Virus record (IMG/VR): IMGVR_UViG_3300037483_000119
Coordinates: 1 to 48,176 of that record
Length of the DNA: 48,176 nt
Direction: 5' to 3' (one strand)
Origin: a virus
Lineage: Duplodnaviria; Caudoviricetes
The notes under the pieces were generated by a model. It did no database searches. It was not told where the DNA came from and saw only the letters and a list, made by a program, of their open reading frames with translations. Positions 45,386-48,176 of the stretch are shown in pieces. A program made the position numbers and the translations under genes. Numbering within the stretch: the stretch's first letter is position 1; each line of letters opens with the position of its first letter.

Positions 45386-45545
45386 GTTCGCAGGCAAATG
45401 CATCATCGGAATCCAGCCACGACCACGACACAGGCGGATCGACTGGTGTCCATCGTGCCTAGAGATCGTGCCTAGGCACCTCTCTCAACTCGACTATGAG
45501 GAAGAGGAGCTGATTGAGGATGAAGCCTACTATCCCTATCACTGA
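45348..45545 (+). CDS. 65-aa CxxC...CxxC protein between the exonuclease halves
   Basis: CPSC...CPSC with acidic tail. Confidence 0.55.
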   Translation: MTCGGITVCPSCEFAGKCIIGIQPRPRHRRIDWCPSCLEIVPRHLSQLDYEEEELIEDEAYYPYH

Positions 45546-46209
45546 GTGGCTCGGAGCGGAAGAGGAGTTCTCTCGCGCATTCCAGGAGAAGATCAGCGAG
45601 GAACAGGAGAAGAACGGGAACAATCCCTCAACCTGGAAACATTCGGGCAGACGATCCGCTAAGTACCCGGACAAGGAGGGACGGGGATACTGGGACGAGA
45701 ACGGACCTGGGCACATAGAGCGATGGATCGCCTGGCGAGACGCCAATCCCCATCACTCCATTTGGGAGGCTCCTGACGGACAGCTTGGGATTGAACTGAA
45801 TCTCATGGTCATGTTCGGAGGCGTGAAGGTCAAGACGATCATCGATCGCGTGATGAACGTCGGTAACGAGCTTGCGATCGTTGACGTGAAGTCCGGAGCG
45901 CACAAGCCCTCTTCCCTTCTCCAGTTGGGTGTCTACGCATGCGCCGTTGAAATCGAATACGGCGTCCGTCCTGGGCTCGGGACCTACTACATGACCAGGA
46001 AAGGCGAAGTGACCGGCTTTGAGAGCCTTGATCACCTGTCGATCCCTTTCGTCACTCATCTCTTCGAGTCCTTTGCGGAGAGAGCCAACGCAGGGAAGTA
46101 CCTTCCCATGCCCGGTGATCACTGCGTCTTCTGTGACGGGCGCAATGCGTGCGCCCTCATGAACGGTCGCGATGCTCGAAGTCACGATGTCCTTTCCATC
46201 CTCAAGTGA
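45514..46209 (+). CDS. Cas4/RecB-like PD-(D/E)XK exonuclease, catalytic fragment
   Basis: IE...IIDRV...IVDVKSG...QLGVY; C-terminal CVFC.....C. Confidence 0.88.
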   Translation: MRMKPTIPITEWLGAEEEFSRAFQEKISEEQEKNGNNPSTWKHSGRRSAKYPDKEGRGYWDENGPGHIERWIAWRDANPHHSIWEAPDGQLGIELNLMVMFGGVKVKTIIDRVMNVGNELAIVDVKSGAHKPSSLLQLGVYACAVEIEYGVRPGLGTYYMTRKGEVTGFESLDHLSIPFVTHLFESFAERANAGKYLPMPGDHCVFCDGRNACALMNGRDARSHDVLSILK

Positions 46210-46220
46210 AGGAGTGCTCT

Positions 46221-46655
46221 TTGTCCGAACACCCAATCATTCAAGTCTCCACATCCCTACGGGGTGAAGGTCAAGTAGTAGGAAGGTTCTCGTCAGAAGA
46301 CGACATCATGGCCGCTGACGTCCTACTTGATGCCCTTCATCGAGCATCTATCGTCGGCAAGATGAAATCAATCGCAGAGTCAATGAAAGACAACCCCAGT
46401 GGGGTTGAACTGATCCAGAGAGAGCTAGGTGGAGTAGTTGTCGAGAATCATTCAACGCCTCAGGCATATACGCCAGTGGCTACGCCAGTACCAACAGGGC
46501 CGCAGGGATCGTGCAATCAAGGAACTCGTGGACCACATGCAATGGCTTGCAAGCATTGCGGGGGTCCAATCGGCGAACGCAAGCAGTTGGGTAACTTCAC
46601 GGGCCATCAGTGCCTAGTGAATAACTCGCAGTGCAAGCCCACTTGGTGTAACTAA
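46221..46655 (+). CDS. Replication-module protein with C-terminal Cys cluster (possible SSB/annealing role)
   Basis: SD aaggag, TTG start; between exonuclease and helicase; CKHC...QC...QCKPTW. Confidence 0.65.
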   Translation: MSEHPIIQVSTSLRGEGQVVGRFSSEDDIMAADVLLDALHRASIVGKMKSIAESMKDNPSGVELIQRELGGVVVENHSTPQAYTPVATPVPTGPQGSCNQGTRGPHAMACKHCGGPIGERKQLGNFTGHQCLVNNSQCKPTWCN

Positions 46656-47501
46656 GTGTTTCCCCTCTTCCGATCGCTCGATCAAGGAGCGGAAGCCGGT
46701 GAGTCATTGCCGGTTGTATGGAAGACGCTTCACAATGCAGGCATTGACATCTTCAGAGGAGACGTCACCATGGTTGCCGGTCCACCAGGATGCGGTAAGT
46801 CGATGCTCGCTTTGCAGCATGCCATCAAGAGCAAGGTTCCAGTGCTCTACATCATGATGGACATGGGGCGTTACCTGACTGCCGTTCGAGTGGCAGCCAT
46901 GGTTACAGGGGAACCGATCACCAAACTCAAAGAAGCGATGAGTGAGATCCCTGTACGTGACAAGTACAGGGGTATCATTGCCTCTCACATAGACAATCTC
47001 TACATCGCCTATGCCTCTCGTCCTTCGCCCGATCAGGTGAAGGAACTTGAGTTGGCATTCGAAGAGGTATGGGGATGCCCTCCCTATGCCATCTATGTGG
47101 ACAACATGATGAACCTGTACTCAGGTTCAGAGAATGAATGGACTGGGCTCCGTGAACTCTCTCATGTGTTCCACTTCTTCGCTCAAGACCTGGGATCCGC
47201 AGTGGTGGAGCTTCACCATGTGAACCTTGGCGGATACAACATCAACAACCCTGCTCCATTGCATGCCATCAAGGGACAGATCACGGAGCTACCGGCATTG
47301 ATCCTCACTGTCGCGAAAGCCGATCGCCGGATGCATGTGTGTCCGGTGAAGAACAGGCATGGGCAATCGGATTACTCGGGAGGCAAGTTCGTGACGCTGG
47401 ACTTCCAAGAGGAGTGTGGGCGAATCACTGACATCGTTCATACGCCTATCCCCGTTCCGGCTCACGTGCCGGATTGGATGTACCAGGTAGCTGATGCCTG
47501 A
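46656..47501 (+). CDS. DnaB/RecA-like replicative helicase
   Basis: Walker A GPPGCGKS, Walker B IYVDN, LHH, VKNRHG. Confidence 0.88.
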   Translation: MFPLFRSLDQGAEAGESLPVVWKTLHNAGIDIFRGDVTMVAGPPGCGKSMLALQHAIKSKVPVLYIMMDMGRYLTAVRVAAMVTGEPITKLKEAMSEIPVRDKYRGIIASHIDNLYIAYASRPSPDQVKELELAFEEVWGCPPYAIYVDNMMNLYSGSENEWTGLRELSHVFHFFAQDLGSAVVELHHVNLGGYNINNPAPLHAIKGQITELPALILTVAKADRRMHVCPVKNRHGQSDYSGGKFVTLDFQEECGRITDIVHTPIPVPAHVPDWMYQVADA

Positions 47502-48176
47502 TGTGCCAAATCGATTGTTTCGGCTGTCAGATCTGCATCGAGTACACGCTTGAAGACCAATACGGCCCGGAGTGGTGGGATGCCATTGAAGATGCTGGGG
47601 AAGAGGGTCCACGAAAAGACATGGTGCAACTGTTGCAAGTCGAAGAGATCAATCAAACGTCGCGAGGATCGCGAGTGGCGGAAGGAACAGATCCAGAGTG
47701 AGTAAGACGATCCGATGCAAGTGCGGTCGAAGACTGACCGTGAACCATCGCAGCCACAAGCCCGCATGCACATGCGGAAGGGTCATCCCAGCGGTTGACC
47801 TCACCGCCCTATGGGCGTCCACCTATGACGCATCCAGTTATGACAGTGGATGCGACTCCGGAGGATCATTCGATGGTGGGTCGTGCTCCGCATGAAGAAG
47901 TTCAACGGAGGAAACGTCTGCTTCATCTGTGATGGATGCAGAGTCATCACTGGCTATGAGTCTCTCGGAGCAAAGGATGAACCATGCTCCGAATGCAAGG
48001 GCAAAGGACCATTCAAGTCCACGATCGACAGGGTTCGAGCGATGTTCCGTGGGGATCAATAGAGCATGGATCCCAACGACCTAAAGCGCTACTTCGAGAA
48101 GTGGAAAGAGACTCTCGATTTCGCTTACGAGTACTTCACCAAACAGTCTGAGAGCTACGCAGCTCAGCACATCAAT
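47185..48176. repeat. Terminal direct repeat, copy 2 (diverged allele, 90 bp shorter)
   Basis: Matches 1-1082; contains second alleles of the small genes (47501-47701, 47698-47895, 47892-48062). Confidence 0.95.

Noticed and set aside
45386-45513. Group I intron or intein in the exonuclease gap
   Set aside because: Too short, no recognisable P/Q/R/S core or intein motifs, and it is covered by a plausible small ORF.

Overview
This window looks like a complete, circularly permuted genome (about 47.1-47.2 kb unit length) of a podovirus-like phage of Actinobacteria. The ends overlap as a ~1 kb direct repeat (1-1082 / 47185-48176) whose two copies are diverged alleles. Rightward replication arm (45185 through the join to 6414): split Cas4/RecB-like exonuclease, DnaB/RecA-like helicase, resolvase, split primase, metallophosphoesterase, RNA ligase and a sigma-like protein, with no recognisable DNA polymerase. 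Leftward array of small early genes (6463-15455), including two Lsr2-like proteins. A 2 kb non-coding gap follows. Rightward virion operon (17536-41278): terminase, portal, large ejection-type proteins, scaffold, major capsid protein, tail/fibre proteins and lysins. A leftward tyrosine recombinase and small genes close the circle (41334-45136). Strongest novel signals: (1) a ~60-nt irregular hairpin with clear covariation and fixed C.A/U.U mismatches, repeated as a stop-hairpin-GGCAGA-RBS-start cassette between early genes; (2) a 7-nt insertion starting with a TTA codon that breaks the terminase Walker A motif, suggesting UUA-dependent recoding; (3) an exonuclease split in two with a zinc-finger gene in between; (4) an apparent AUA start codon; (5) a structured RNA island with a degenerate tRNA upstream of the scaffold/capsid genes. 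All family assignments come from reading motifs by eye; no searches were run.
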